From IMG/VR virus record IMGVR_UViG_3300043410_000189, positions 1 through 29,780 of that record: a stretch of DNA of 29,780 bases; one strand, written 5' to 3'. The translations under genes were made by a program, and so were the position numbers. The notes under the pieces were generated by a model. It searched no databases, was not told where the DNA came from, and saw only the letters and a list, made by a program, of their open reading frames with translations. Below, piece after piece: positions 1 through 7,551 of this stretch. This DNA comes from a virus. Lineage: Duplodnaviria > Caudoviricetes. Each line of letters opens with the position of its first letter. Within the stretch, counting starts at the first letter, position 1.

Positions 1-127
1 GCATTCGTCAACATCTGAGCATGTAGCCTGATTTTAAAAGCATCGTCAAACACTATCTTCACTCGTTTACCTGTCTTGTCGTAGATGTAGTCCTCTATTA
101 CGGCTTTCATCATTGGCAAATCATCTG
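1..127. repeat. Terminal direct repeat (identical to 29654-29780); circular contig overlap
   Basis: Exact 127-bp match between the two window ends; 127 is a common assembler k-mer size. Confidence 0.95.
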
Positions 128-1281
128 ATTGCGTATTGTCCATAGTTTGAATTTAAGCCGAGATTCTCCATCTCGTGGTATCTAAGCGCGTCTATAGCGT
201 GGTCATTTCCTCCTGCGGGGTTATTTAGTGTTACTCCGTGTTTGTCTACATCCCAACAATAGCTTCTCAACTCCTTGATGAGGTTTGTACTCTGCTTTGT
301 AACTAAATACTCTTGGCGTTGCATTACATCAATTCCGTATTTTATTGAATCTTTACCTTTAGTTACTCCTTTAATCGTCTTTCCGTAGCGTCTGATTTCG
401 TCTATTGATTTAGGCTCTGACGAATCAGCATAGATAGTAACTCCTGTCGGAAGTATCTTAGCAATGTCCGAGTTAAGCATTCCTGTTCGATAAACAATCT
501 CGTTTACAATTCGCTTTCCGTTCCAATTATACACCTCAATAGCTGACGTTGGATCATTCGTGTAACCGAAATCAAGTCCTATACCTACCAATCGTGCATC
601 GTCAGGTATTGTATCAATCTCTTTCCAATTGCTAAACACTACGCCTTGAAGCATACCTATCTCACCAAGTCCATATACATTCCACCAATTTAACCAATAA
701 GAACTCGTAGCTGCTTTCTCCTTATTCTTTTCAATCTGTTTTACAATACTTTCGTCTAATGCCTCGTTGTCTTTGTAGGTTAGTATGATAAAGTCTGCGT
801 CTGGTTCGTCTTTTAGTTCAGTATGTACCCAAAACTCATTCGATGGGTTAAAGTCTAAGTAAACTTCTTTCTTTGTACGAATGGAAAGCTCAAGATAAGC
901 GTCAAAGGTTACGTTATTACACTCGTTGATATATAAGATATCTCTCCTTGCTCCTCGAAGTTTAGATGCGTTATCAGCGGAGAAAAACTCCATTGAACTT
1001 CCGTTGGCAAATTCGTATCTGAGTAGCGTTGCATTGAATCTATATTCTACATATCTACCAGTCCAACGCATAATCTTTAGAAAGTCTTTTAGCGCACCTC
1101 TTCGCAAATGAGGTATTGTCTCAGCGACTACCGAAACCTCTAAGCCTTTTTCACGAGCACACTTGTCAATTAGTACAGGTAGTATCCCAAATGTCTTACC
1201 CGCACTTGTTCCTCCTTGAATTATCTTTACTCGCTTTTGGAGATTATAGATTTTCCGTATTGCCGTTGTTACCTGAAACAT
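121..1281 (-). CDS. terL: Terminase large subunit (PBSX/Terminase_3-like)
   Basis: Walker A QGGTSAGKT, LRGARRD, Walker B LYINE, DFNP, nuclease GLDFGYTNDP, DSSEP, DHAIDALRY. Confidence 0.95.
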   Translation of the reverse strand: MFQVTTAIRKIYNLQKRVKIIQGGTSAGKTFGILPVLIDKCAREKGLEVSVVAETIPHLRRGALKDFLKIMRWTGRYVEYRFNATLLRYEFANGSSMEFFSADNASKLRGARRDILYINECNNVTFDAYLELSIRTKKEVYLDFNPSNEFWVHTELKDEPDADFIILTYKDNEALDESIVKQIEKNKEKAATSSYWLNWWNVYGLGEIGMLQGVVFSNWKEIDTIPDDARLVGIGLDFGYTNDPTSAIEVYNWNGKRIVNEIVYRTGMLNSDIAKILPTGVTIYADSSEPKSIDEIRRYGKTIKGVTKGKDSIKYGIDVMQRQEYLVTKQSTNLIKELRSYCWDVDKHGVTLNNPAGGNDHAIDALRYHEMENLGLNSNYGQYAIR

Positions 1282-1687
1282 TAAAATTAAATAGTGGTTG
1301 CTCAGTTACTACTGTATTTTCTACTCGCTCAGTTAGTCCGTTTAATCGTTGGGTGATTGATGGATTGTATTGTCCGCACATACCACCTTCTATTTGGTCT
1401 TGTCTGATTGCTTTTCTTATACGTGAGCAGATGGGTATATACTCGTTGTATCTTTTATCCGCATTCTTAAAATATTGTTCTACACATCCGATTTCTTCGT
1501 AGCAAAAAAGTTCAAATCCCTCAAGTGTTAAAGGTCTTTCAAGTGGCTCTGCACGTTCTTCAAACTCCTTACCACCGAATACGCTTTTGATTCTTGGGTT
1601 GGCTTTTATTTCTCTCTTATATTTTTCGAATAGTTCGTATAGTTCATCAGGACTATTTAGTATTCTTGGTCTTCCTACTTTTGCCAT
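1244..1687 (-). CDS. terS: Terminase small subunit (P22 gp3-like DNA packaging protein)
   Basis: N-terminal GRPR, PLTLEGF, IRQDQIEGG, YNPSITQRLNGL; overlaps the terL start. Confidence 0.85.
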   Translation of the reverse strand: MAKVGRPRILNSPDELYELFEKYKREIKANPRIKSVFGGKEFEERAEPLERPLTLEGFELFCYEEIGCVEQYFKNADKRYNEYIPICSRIRKAIRQDQIEGGMCGQYNPSITQRLNGLTERVENTVVTEQPLFNFNVSGNNGNTENL

Positions 1688-1701
1688 TTGTTAATTCGTG
1701 T

Positions 1702-2130
1702 TTATGTAAATAATCTTCCGATACCTTCGAGCTGGCTTACTACGTCTTTGTTGTTATCATAGTGGATTTCAATTCCAAGCTCTTTTACTTTAGCTACCTT
1801 CTCTTTGTTGCTTCCTGTAGCGTAAACTCTTGAATCAGGTATCCCTGCTTTCTTTGCTCTTGGTAACATTCCGTCTTTTTCTCCTCGTGCTGAAATGATA
1901 TATACATCTGCTCCGTCTTCGATTAGACTTACTGCTTTATCAAATCCTTTTTGAGTAGAGAACGTGTCATCGTAGTCAAATGATATTTTAGCTGCTGCAA
2001 GTTTGTAAGCATCTTGGCACACTGCAAATCGTTGATCAATGTCGTACTCACTTACCATTTTTGAGTCGGACATACATCGTTTTATAAATTCGTTTTTATC
2101 TTCGCCTGAGTTAGGATTGGGTATAGGCAT
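1702..2130 (-). CDS. MPIP-type N-terminal domain fused to a minimal HAD-like phosphatase domain
   Basis: MPIPNP..EFIKRCM..QRFAVC, then ISFDYDDT (DxDxT), IISAR, K, HYDNN. Confidence 0.65.
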   Translation of the reverse strand: MPIPNPNSGEDKNEFIKRCMSDSKMVSEYDIDQRFAVCQDAYKLAAAKISFDYDDTFSTQKGFDKAVSLIEDGADVYIISARGEKDGMLPRAKKAGIPDSRVYATGSNKEKVAKVKELGIEIHYDNNKDVVSQLEGIGRLFT

Positions 2131-2308
2131 CTTTTACTTTTTTAAAGTGGTCTAAAAATTCGTCTTCTGATATTTCTTCTAAGCATAAAAGACCATCGGC
2201 ATCTGTAAAGTATTCGATTAAGTGGTGTCCGTCTTCACGTAGCCTCTTCGATAATGTGTGAGCATAACTCAACATATCTTTGCCGTAGTCTAAAAGATAG
2301 TATCTCAT
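2111..2308 (-). CDS. Hypothetical protein
   Basis: ATGA overlap with the upstream gene; fills the gap in the operon. Confidence 0.7.
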   Translation of the reverse strand: MRYYLLDYGKDMLSYAHTLSKRLREDGHHLIEYFTDADGLLCLEEISEDEFLDHFKKVKDAYTQS

Positions 2309-2664
2309 TTTTCGTATTCTGCTAATACTGCTTTCATCTTGAGAACAATCTCACGAAAACATGAAGAACATGAAGTCGGTTCTTGTCGTAAGTTAAATAC
2401 TCGATTGTAAATCTTAATTAGTTGTGTTTGCTCACTTGGTTTGAATGTTTGTTGGCTTAGTACGTTTGTTTCATTAAGCCAATTGTATTCTTCTTCCGTT
2501 AGGCAATTCGTGTTTCGGTAAGGAAATAACTCGTTTAGTTTTTTCTTTCGCTCATTGCACCCGCAGTCCTCTCCAGCTACGAACTCAACTAATTTTTTAA
2601 TTCCTGTTGCTTCTGTGATTTGTTCAATTGTATCACCTAATCCTGTTGCTTTTCTTTTTGCCAT
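2305..2664 (-). CDS. Conserved phage protein with CxC and CxxC motifs
   Basis: GLGDTIEQIT..TGIKK..DCGCNERKKKLN and CSSC. Confidence 0.75.
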   Translation of the reverse strand: MAKRKATGLGDTIEQITEATGIKKLVEFVAGEDCGCNERKKKLNELFPYRNTNCLTEEEYNWLNETNVLSQQTFKPSEQTQLIKIYNRVFNLRQEPTSCSSCFREIVLKMKAVLAEYEK

Positions 2665-2665
2665 A

Positions 2666-3190
2666 TTATATCAATTCAAATTGTTCATTAATAAAATCCT
2701 CATAGTCTTCTCCTAATGCTTCACGTAGTTTTTCTTTACATCCTTTAATAGTGTGAAAAATAGAAGTAAGGCTGATATCTGTTTCTTTTGCGATTTGACG
2801 CATTGGTTTTAATTCGTCTTTATATATCCTAAATAACTTTTGATCATACCAATGCCATTTATCTATTTCTGATTCGATACGTCTGTGTATTTCCTCAAGT
2901 GATTCGTATTTATCTAACTCCGATTCTTCTTGCATTAATTCCTTTACGTTTTCCAATCCTACTCTTTCGCTTTTAATTCCTCTTAAATGGTCTATATATA
3001 CGCTTCGCAATGATAACCACATCAAGCCACGATTAATGTCGTTAGGCACAACCTTATCTATTTGATTTAAACGAATAAGTTTGATGTATGTTTCCTGTAC
3101 AATGTCTTCAGCTAAGAAATCATTACCGAAAGAATTGACTATTCTTACCCATTCTTTGTGGCATTTTGCAAGTTGAGTTACTTTATCCAT
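2666..3190 (-). CDS. Phage-encoded ECF-like sigma factor
   Basis: Region 2-like AEDIVQETYIKL..SVYIDHLR; region 4 HTH PMRQIAKETDISLTSIFHTIKGCKEKLR; 174 aa. Confidence 0.8.
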   Translation of the reverse strand: MDKVTQLAKCHKEWVRIVNSFGNDFLAEDIVQETYIKLIRLNQIDKVVPNDINRGLMWLSLRSVYIDHLRGIKSERVGLENVKELMQEESELDKYESLEEIHRRIESEIDKWHWYDQKLFRIYKDELKPMRQIAKETDISLTSIFHTIKGCKEKLREALGEDYEDFINEQFELI

Positions 3191-3205
3191 AGATTAAAAT
3201 CTAAA

Positions 3206-3230
3206 CAAATGTATGATTAATTTTTAATCA
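3206..3230 (-). promoter_or_regulatory. Bacteroidota -7 promoter box TACATTTG for the sigma gene, with adjacent palindrome TGATTAA-N3-TTAATCA
   Basis: caaatgta at 3206-3213; inverted repeat at 3214-3230. Confidence 0.6.
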
Positions 3231-3245
3231 AGACGTAAATAAAAT

Positions 3246-3270
3246 AAAAAAGCCTCTTTTTACGGAGGCT
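3246..3270 (-). terminator. Intrinsic terminator after the HTH gene
   Basis: AGCCTC-N8-GAGGCT hairpin followed by a T-tract on the minus strand. Confidence 0.8.
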
Positions 3271-3276
3271 ATTTAC

Positions 3277-3483
3277 TTAGTGTAGGTGTTTTTGCTTGTA
3301 ATTATAGACGTCTAACTTTTTTAATGTGGATAGTGTTACGTCTTTTCCTTGTATGAAGTTGTCTATTTGGAATTGGTGGAACTTTTCGTTTGTTGCTTTT
3401 ATCTCTTGCACGATTTGATTTTTAGTTCGTGTTTTCAGAAGTTCTAAAATATCCCATCGAAGTTCTTCGTTATTTATGTGCAT
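3277..3483 (-). CDS. Small HTH (Cro/XRE-like) protein
   Basis: QFQIDNFIQGKDVTLSTLKKL resembles an XRE recognition helix and its following helix. Confidence 0.6.
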   Translation of the reverse strand: MHINNEELRWDILELLKTRTKNQIVQEIKATNEKFHQFQIDNFIQGKDVTLSTLKKLDVYNYKQKHLH

Positions 3484-3716
3484 CAGAAGGGGAGATCATC
3501 GTTAATAAAAGGTTTGCTTTCCATCTTTTCTGGTGCGATATATGGCTCGCTGAATGCTACCGAAAAGAATTTTTCTCCTGATTTAGATTCTTTTACCCAC
3601 ATTACTACTTCCATTTCTTTTCCGTTTACTACTACGTTACCTCGATAATCTGGGTGCGTGTCTTTTTCCTTTCGTTTATTCTTAAAAATTGCTCCTGAGT
3701 TGTTTTTCTTTTCCAT
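3483..3716 (-). CDS. Small ssDNA-binding-like protein (DUF736-like)
   Basis: FKNKRKEKDTHPDYRG motif; acidic SSB-type tail DDLPF. Confidence 0.65.
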   Translation of the reverse strand: MEKKNNSGAIFKNKRKEKDTHPDYRGNVVVNGKEMEVVMWVKESKSGEKFFSVAFSEPYIAPEKMESKPFINDDLPF

Positions 3717-3726
3717 GTTTACTTAT

Positions 3727-3828
3727 TTAAAATTTACTAATAAATGCAACTATTAATGTCAATACTACTACACCAACTAAAAAAATTGTCGATAGTGCGG
3801 CTATATATTCCTTATCTTCTTCTTTCAT
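3727..3828 (-). CDS. 33-aa single-pass membrane protein (not in the ORF track)
   Basis: MKEEDKEYIAALSTIFLVGVVVLTLIVAFISKF; ATG lies within the cassette junction ATGA. Confidence 0.6.
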   Translation of the reverse strand: MKEEDKEYIAALSTIFLVGVVVLTLIVAFISKF

Positions 3829-4070
3829 TGTTCTTGTTTTTTAGGGTTAAGGAATACACTTCCTTTGATTTTGTTTTCGATTACTATTTCATCATCTTGG
3901 TATAAACCATCTTTAGCATCATCTTGCATCATTTTTATGAGTCTATTTTTTCTTAGATTTCTTTCGTTTTCAATATACTCATCTAACTTATTGTTTTCTT
4001 CACGATTTATATATATCTGAAAAGCTAATGTTAATATGCTTATTAAAAGTGCGGTGATTGATAGTATCAT
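3825..4070 (-). CDS. Cassette protein with N-terminal TM helix, ending KQEQ
   Basis: Hydrophobic N-terminus; IKMMQDDAKDGLY motif; ATGA overlaps at both ends. Confidence 0.7.
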   Translation of the reverse strand: MILSITALLISILTLAFQIYINREENNKLDEYIENERNLRKNRLIKMMQDDAKDGLYQDDEIVIENKIKGSVFLNPKKQEQ

Positions 4071-4225
4071 TCTTCGTCTTTTACTATTTCTAATGTTCCG
4101 TTGATTGAATATCCAGTCAATCGAATCAACTGCTCGATGTAGTAAAGCAAGTCCTCAAGTTCCACATCTTCGTGTTCAAACTCGTAGCTTGCTTTATGTC
4201 CGTAGTGGGTTATTTCTATTTTCAT
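4067..4225 (-). CDS. 52-aa hypothetical protein (not in the ORF track)
   Basis: MKIEITHYGHKASYEFEHEDVELEDLLYYIEQLIRLTGYSINGTLEIVKDEE; ATGA overlaps at both ends. Confidence 0.7.
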   Translation of the reverse strand: MKIEITHYGHKASYEFEHEDVELEDLLYYIEQLIRLTGYSINGTLEIVKDEE

Positions 4226-4428
4226 TGTTCTTGTTTAAAGGTTTCGTTGTAGTATTTTTCTGCAGTTGCGTATGGCTTGTCTCTTAATACAAATGATTCA
4301 TTGTAAGCCTTAACAATCTGTTGCTTCTCCATTTCTTTGGCTTGTTCAAACAAATCTCCAAATGTTCTTACTGCTCCCGAACCGTGTTTTTGTAGTTCCT
4401 CCATTAGCCATTCTACTGCTGTATTCAT
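4222..4428 (-). CDS. Cassette protein (MxTAVEWL...YYNETFKQEQ type)
   Basis: Starts and ends in junction repeats; AKEMEKQQIVKAY core. Confidence 0.8.
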   Translation of the reverse strand: MNTAVEWLMEELQKHGSGAVRTFGDLFEQAKEMEKQQIVKAYNESFVLRDKPYATAEKYYNETFKQEQ

Positions 4429-4440
4429 TGTTCTTGTTGT

Positions 4441-4932
4441 TTAAAGGTTATTGATTTCGTGTTTTACTTGTGTCCAATATGTTAAACCCATTGGATGAGG
4501 TGTGAAGTAATCACTTGATTTTGCAAATTCCCTATCATCAAAGTGCTTGTCATCCTTTCTACTTTCAATTACTTCATCAACTACAATCAATGCGCATTCT
4601 ATGGCAATCTGTTTAGTTTCAGCTCCTTTAAATACATATTTTGTAAATAACTTTTCTGCTTTTTCTTTTGGTGTCATATTTGTTCTTGTTTTTTTAAAGG
4701 TTTCGTTGTAGTATTGTTCTGATATTTCTGTAGTGCCAATAGAAGGTCTATATCCTTGATAATGTGCATTAACTATATACTCTTTCTCTAATTCTTTTAG
4801 TTCTAATGCAACTCTTTTTGCAAATGCTAAACCAATCATTCTGCCACGTACTTCTGATATATACTGATGCGTTTTTAAAAAGTCAACTTCATTGTCTATT
4901 TCTGCAATTATTTTTTCTACTGCTGTTTTCAT
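4441..4932 (-). CDS. In-frame fusion of an MKTAVE...YYNETF cassette and an MTPKEKA cassette (internal ATG at 4677)
   Basis: True start is probably the ATG at 4932 in the junction repeat; degenerate junction at 4674-4702 read as FKKTRTNMTPKEKA. Confidence 0.7.
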   Translation of the reverse strand: MKTAVEKIIAEIDNEVDFLKTHQYISEVRGRMIGLAFAKRVALELKELEKEYIVNAHYQGYRPSIGTTEISEQYYNETFKKTRTNMTPKEKAEKLFTKYVFKGAETKQIAIECALIVVDEVIESRKDDKHFDDREFAKSSDYFTPHPMGLTYWTQVKHEINNL

Positions 4933-4945
4933 TGTTGTTGTTGGT

Positions 4946-5152
4946 TTAAAGTTCTGCTCCAATAGCTTCTAAATCATCTATTGTTTGAACTGAGTTAATA
5001 ATTGAGGGAATGTTAATAACATCCGCTCCGTTTTTAATTTGGAAGAATAATGTTTGAAAATCCAAACCATTGCTATAAATAGCCTTGTATCCAGTTTTTC
5101 CTTCTTGTTCTTTTGTGTATCTCTCTACACTTTGTAAAAATTTTGTTTTCAT
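4946..5152 (-). CDS. Cassette hypothetical protein
   Basis: Starts at a junction ATGA; stop is the TAA of the next junction's TTTAAA. Confidence 0.7.
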   Translation of the reverse strand: MKTKFLQSVERYTKEQEGKTGYKAIYSNGLDFQTLFFQIKNGADVINIPSIINSVQTIDDLEAIGAEL

Positions 5153-5463
5153 TGTTCTTGTTGTTTAGTTAGTTCTTCTATTTTTTGCTCTAGTTCTGTG
5201 ATATACCTTAACACACTAATTGGTGTTTTGATATAATCTTCTTCTGCATTTTGCTTGAAGTAATCTAAGTCTTTCTCTTTCATTGTTTTTTGTTTAAGTA
5301 ATTCAATTGCTTTTTGGAATCCTTGTTTAAATCCATAAATTGTATCTAATTTTTGAGTTTCTGAAGTTGTGTTTTCACCATAACTATTGTATCTATGTTT
5401 AATACTATCTTTAGCAAACTTATCAACCTCAACACTTTCTAAATATTCTACTGCTGTATTCAT
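5149..5463 (-). CDS. In-frame fusion of an MNTAVEYL cassette and an MKEKDL cassette (internal ATG at 5283), ending KQQEQ
   Basis: Degenerate junction AAACAAAAAACAATGA at 5280-5295 read through as KQKTMK. Confidence 0.7.
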   Translation of the reverse strand: MNTAVEYLESVEVDKFAKDSIKHRYNSYGENTTSETQKLDTIYGFKQGFQKAIELLKQKTMKEKDLDYFKQNAEEDYIKTPISVLRYITELEQKIEELTKQQEQ

Positions 5464-5522
5464 TGTTCTTGTTGTTTAAAGGTTTTACATTTCGTGTTTA
5501 GATATGTGGCAATTTTTACCCC

Positions 5523-5759
5523 TTATCCTTGTTTAAATTGTTTTACTTCTTGCTTCAAACGCTCCAAGTACAGGCAGAAGTCCATCGCTTCATCCTGAGC
5601 GTGATTAAGCCATTCTAACGCACTTAAATCAGTTCGTGTTAACATTGTACCGTACTTCTCAATTCCTCGTTGTGAGCGGTAATAAAACTTGCTCATTACT
5701 TTTAGTACAATTGGGTCTTCGACTTTTACTGGTTTATCTTGGTCGTGTGTTATGTTCAT
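5523..5759 (-). CDS. Conserved phage protein, possibly all-alpha NTP-pyrophosphatase (MazG-like)
   Basis: RSQRGIEKYG..LTRTDL..WLNHAQDEAMDFCLYLE helical acidic motif. Confidence 0.55.
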   Translation of the reverse strand: MNITHDQDKPVKVEDPIVLKVMSKFYYRSQRGIEKYGTMLTRTDLSALEWLNHAQDEAMDFCLYLERLKQEVKQFKQG

Positions 5760-6436
5760 AAGAATTTCATTAAGGCGTTATAATACTCACGGCAATACTC
5801 TATCTTCTCTTTAATTTGTTCGATGACTGCTTCGTCTTTTTGTACGTAGAATACTTTTACTCTTCGGTTTTTAGGCACTTGGCTAAATTCGTGTTTACGC
5901 AGAATCTCCTCTCGCAAGTCTAAGTCCTCTTCAATCTTGTGTAACTTCCAATGGGCTCTGCGGATTTCGTCTTCAACCATATCAATCGGAGTATCTACAA
6001 GGCAGTAGCAAAGCATTGACTGTTGTTTTCCTGTTAGCCACATATAACCTTGAAGTTGATAGAAATAATCTTTGTTAGGTATCTCTGTATCAAAAAACGG
6101 AAAGGTAGTAGCATCCCAACTTGATTTCACGTCTAAAAGTATTTCTTCCGTGTTTACGTCAGGCGTTCCTTTAATCCAATCGTTCTCAAAGTATTCTTCG
6201 TTCTTGTAGATAAATTTTACGTCTAAGACATCATTGACAAGTGAGATAGATAAATCTTCAACTGCGTTACCTTTGTCCGTGTAACGGCTTGAAAACTCCT
6301 TTCTAATGCCGTATTTGTCCTCTAATACAAGTTCATGTATGTAACTTTTAGCAGTTTGGCTAAGTAATTCGCCTTTTGCTCGTGGTGTAGCCATGATTTT
6401 ACCTATGGCAGAACATCGAATCTTGAGAGTCTTCAT
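5756..6436 (-). CDS. YqaJ/lambda-exonuclease-like PD-(D/E)XK nuclease
   Basis: RCSAIG, KGNAVE, GTPD, LLDVKSSW, YFYQLQGYM; adjacent to ERF. Confidence 0.85.
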   Translation of the reverse strand: MKTLKIRCSAIGKIMATPRAKGELLSQTAKSYIHELVLEDKYGIRKEFSSRYTDKGNAVEDLSISLVNDVLDVKFIYKNEEYFENDWIKGTPDVNTEEILLDVKSSWDATTFPFFDTEIPNKDYFYQLQGYMWLTGKQQSMLCYCLVDTPIDMVEDEIRRAHWKLHKIEEDLDLREEILRKHEFSQVPKNRRVKVFYVQKDEAVIEQIKEKIEYCREYYNALMKFL

Positions 6437-6948
6437 AGTGCGTTAAGTATATCGGTTTGCCCATCAGTTAATTTGAACGCAGACTCTAACTTTTCACGAG
6501 TATAAGAACCATCTTGAATTGCTTTTAGAGCAGATTGAAAGCGTTTGTTGTCCATTGTAGGAAGTGTTTTAACTTGCTCTCCGCTTGCATCCGTGTCTTT
6601 GTCTGTTACTAATCCAAGTGCAGAACTCAAAGCATAGCGTCTGTAATAAGTTACACCTGATCCGAATCCTTGATAATCATTCATGCCCTTAAGCTGAACG
6701 TAATGAATCATACACTCAGATTCCATGTATTCTCCACTCTCGTGAAAGATTACAGTCTTTAAGCAGTTTTGTCCTTCGTTGTTGGTTAGTTGCTGAGTGA
6801 ATCCAAGTCCGTGTTTTTTTAGTATTGGGTTGATTACCTCAAAAATCTTGGGTAAATCTGCGTAAGAATACCCATAGCCTTGAGTGGCTTTGTGAATTAC
6901 AGGAACTTCTTGTTGGAATGATGCCAACGATTTAAATAGATTTTTCAT
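6433..6948 (-). CDS. erf: ERF-family single-strand annealing recombinase
   Basis: YSYADL, GSGVTYYRRYALSSALGL..DKDTD signature. Confidence 0.9.
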   Translation of the reverse strand: MKNLFKSLASFQQEVPVIHKATQGYGYSYADLPKIFEVINPILKKHGLGFTQQLTNNEGQNCLKTVIFHESGEYMESECMIHYVQLKGMNDYQGFGSGVTYYRRYALSSALGLVTDKDTDASGEQVKTLPTMDNKRFQSALKAIQDGSYTREKLESAFKLTDGQTDILNAL

Positions 6949-6963
6949 AGCGTTTATTTTATA

Positions 6964-6971
6964 CGAAGATA
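6964..6971 (-). promoter_or_regulatory. Variant -7 promoter box (TATCTTCG) upstream of erf
   Basis: One mismatch to TAnnTTTG; flanking context resembles the 12729 promoter. Confidence 0.4.
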
Positions 6972-7000
6972 TAGATTATTTCAATTCGTTGTACTTTTTT

Positions 7001-7546
7001 TTATAAATATTTTAATGATGTTGTATTTTTTCTCGTTCCCAATAGGTAGTGTATTAGTGTTGACCTTTTAATACCAAGTTCAACCGATGCTTCTGTTGCT
7101 GAATCGTAAATTATATTAGTTTTTGTGCATAATACTTTCTTTGCATTTTTTTCCTTTAGTATCTTTTTTAGATTCTCACTCATTATGAGTTTTGGATATC
7201 TATTATTTGCTCTTGCGTGTCTAATATTTTCTAAATGAGTAACCCACTCTAAATTATTTACATTGTTATTAGACCTATTTGAATCTATGTGATTTACACA
7301 TAAGTCTTTTTTATCACCTAAAAATGCGGAAGCAACTAAACGATGTACTTTTTTTGTTGACCTCAATCCATTCTTAGTTAGAACTACTTTTTTATACCCA
7401 CAATCAATACCAGCTTTTAGTATTATTTCCTTTGTAATATAACAACCTTTATTTGCATGTTTTAATTTTGGTAGTGCTTTAACTCTTCCATAATTAGATA
7501 CTTGATATAAACCCTCATATCCAATAACATCTTTCCAAATTTCCAT
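7001..7546 (-). CDS. NUMOD4-HNH homing endonuclease
   Basis: EIWKDVIGYEGLYQVSNYGRV (NUMOD4); VHRLVA, VNHID..NN..NLEW..EN (HNH_3); NUMOD1-like C-terminus. Confidence 0.92.
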   Translation of the reverse strand: MEIWKDVIGYEGLYQVSNYGRVKALPKLKHANKGCYITKEIILKAGIDCGYKKVVLTKNGLRSTKKVHRLVASAFLGDKKDLCVNHIDSNRSNNNVNNLEWVTHLENIRHARANNRYPKLIMSENLKKILKEKNAKKVLCTKTNIIYDSATEASVELGIKRSTLIHYLLGTRKNTTSLKYL

Positions 7547-7551
7547 AAAAT

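Larger units (their letters stand above)
3825..5484 (-). repeat. Array of gene-cassette junction repeats, consensus ACCTTTAAACAACAAGAACAATGA
   Basis: Copies at about 3825, 4222, 4425, 4674, 4929, 5149, 5280 and 5460; perfect 40-bp repeat at 4410-4449 and 5445-5484. Confidence 0.85.

Noticed and set aside
1-127. 127-bp terminal repeat as a biological direct terminal repeat
   Set aside because: The length equals a standard assembler k-mer and it falls inside coding sequence, so an assembly overlap is more likely.
4933-4962. Track start at 4962 (also 12489, 19322 and 11591)
   Set aside because: Downstream ATGs coincide with junction, barcode or promoter motifs, or avoid long overlaps.
3825-5484. 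Junction repeats as a CRISPR array or integron attC sites
   Set aside because: Spacers are irregular 130-400 bp ORFs, the repeats are not palindromic, and no cas or integrase gene is present.
7001-7546. Group I intron around the HNH gene
   Set aside because: The flanking erf and ninG genes are intact, so the HNH is free-standing.
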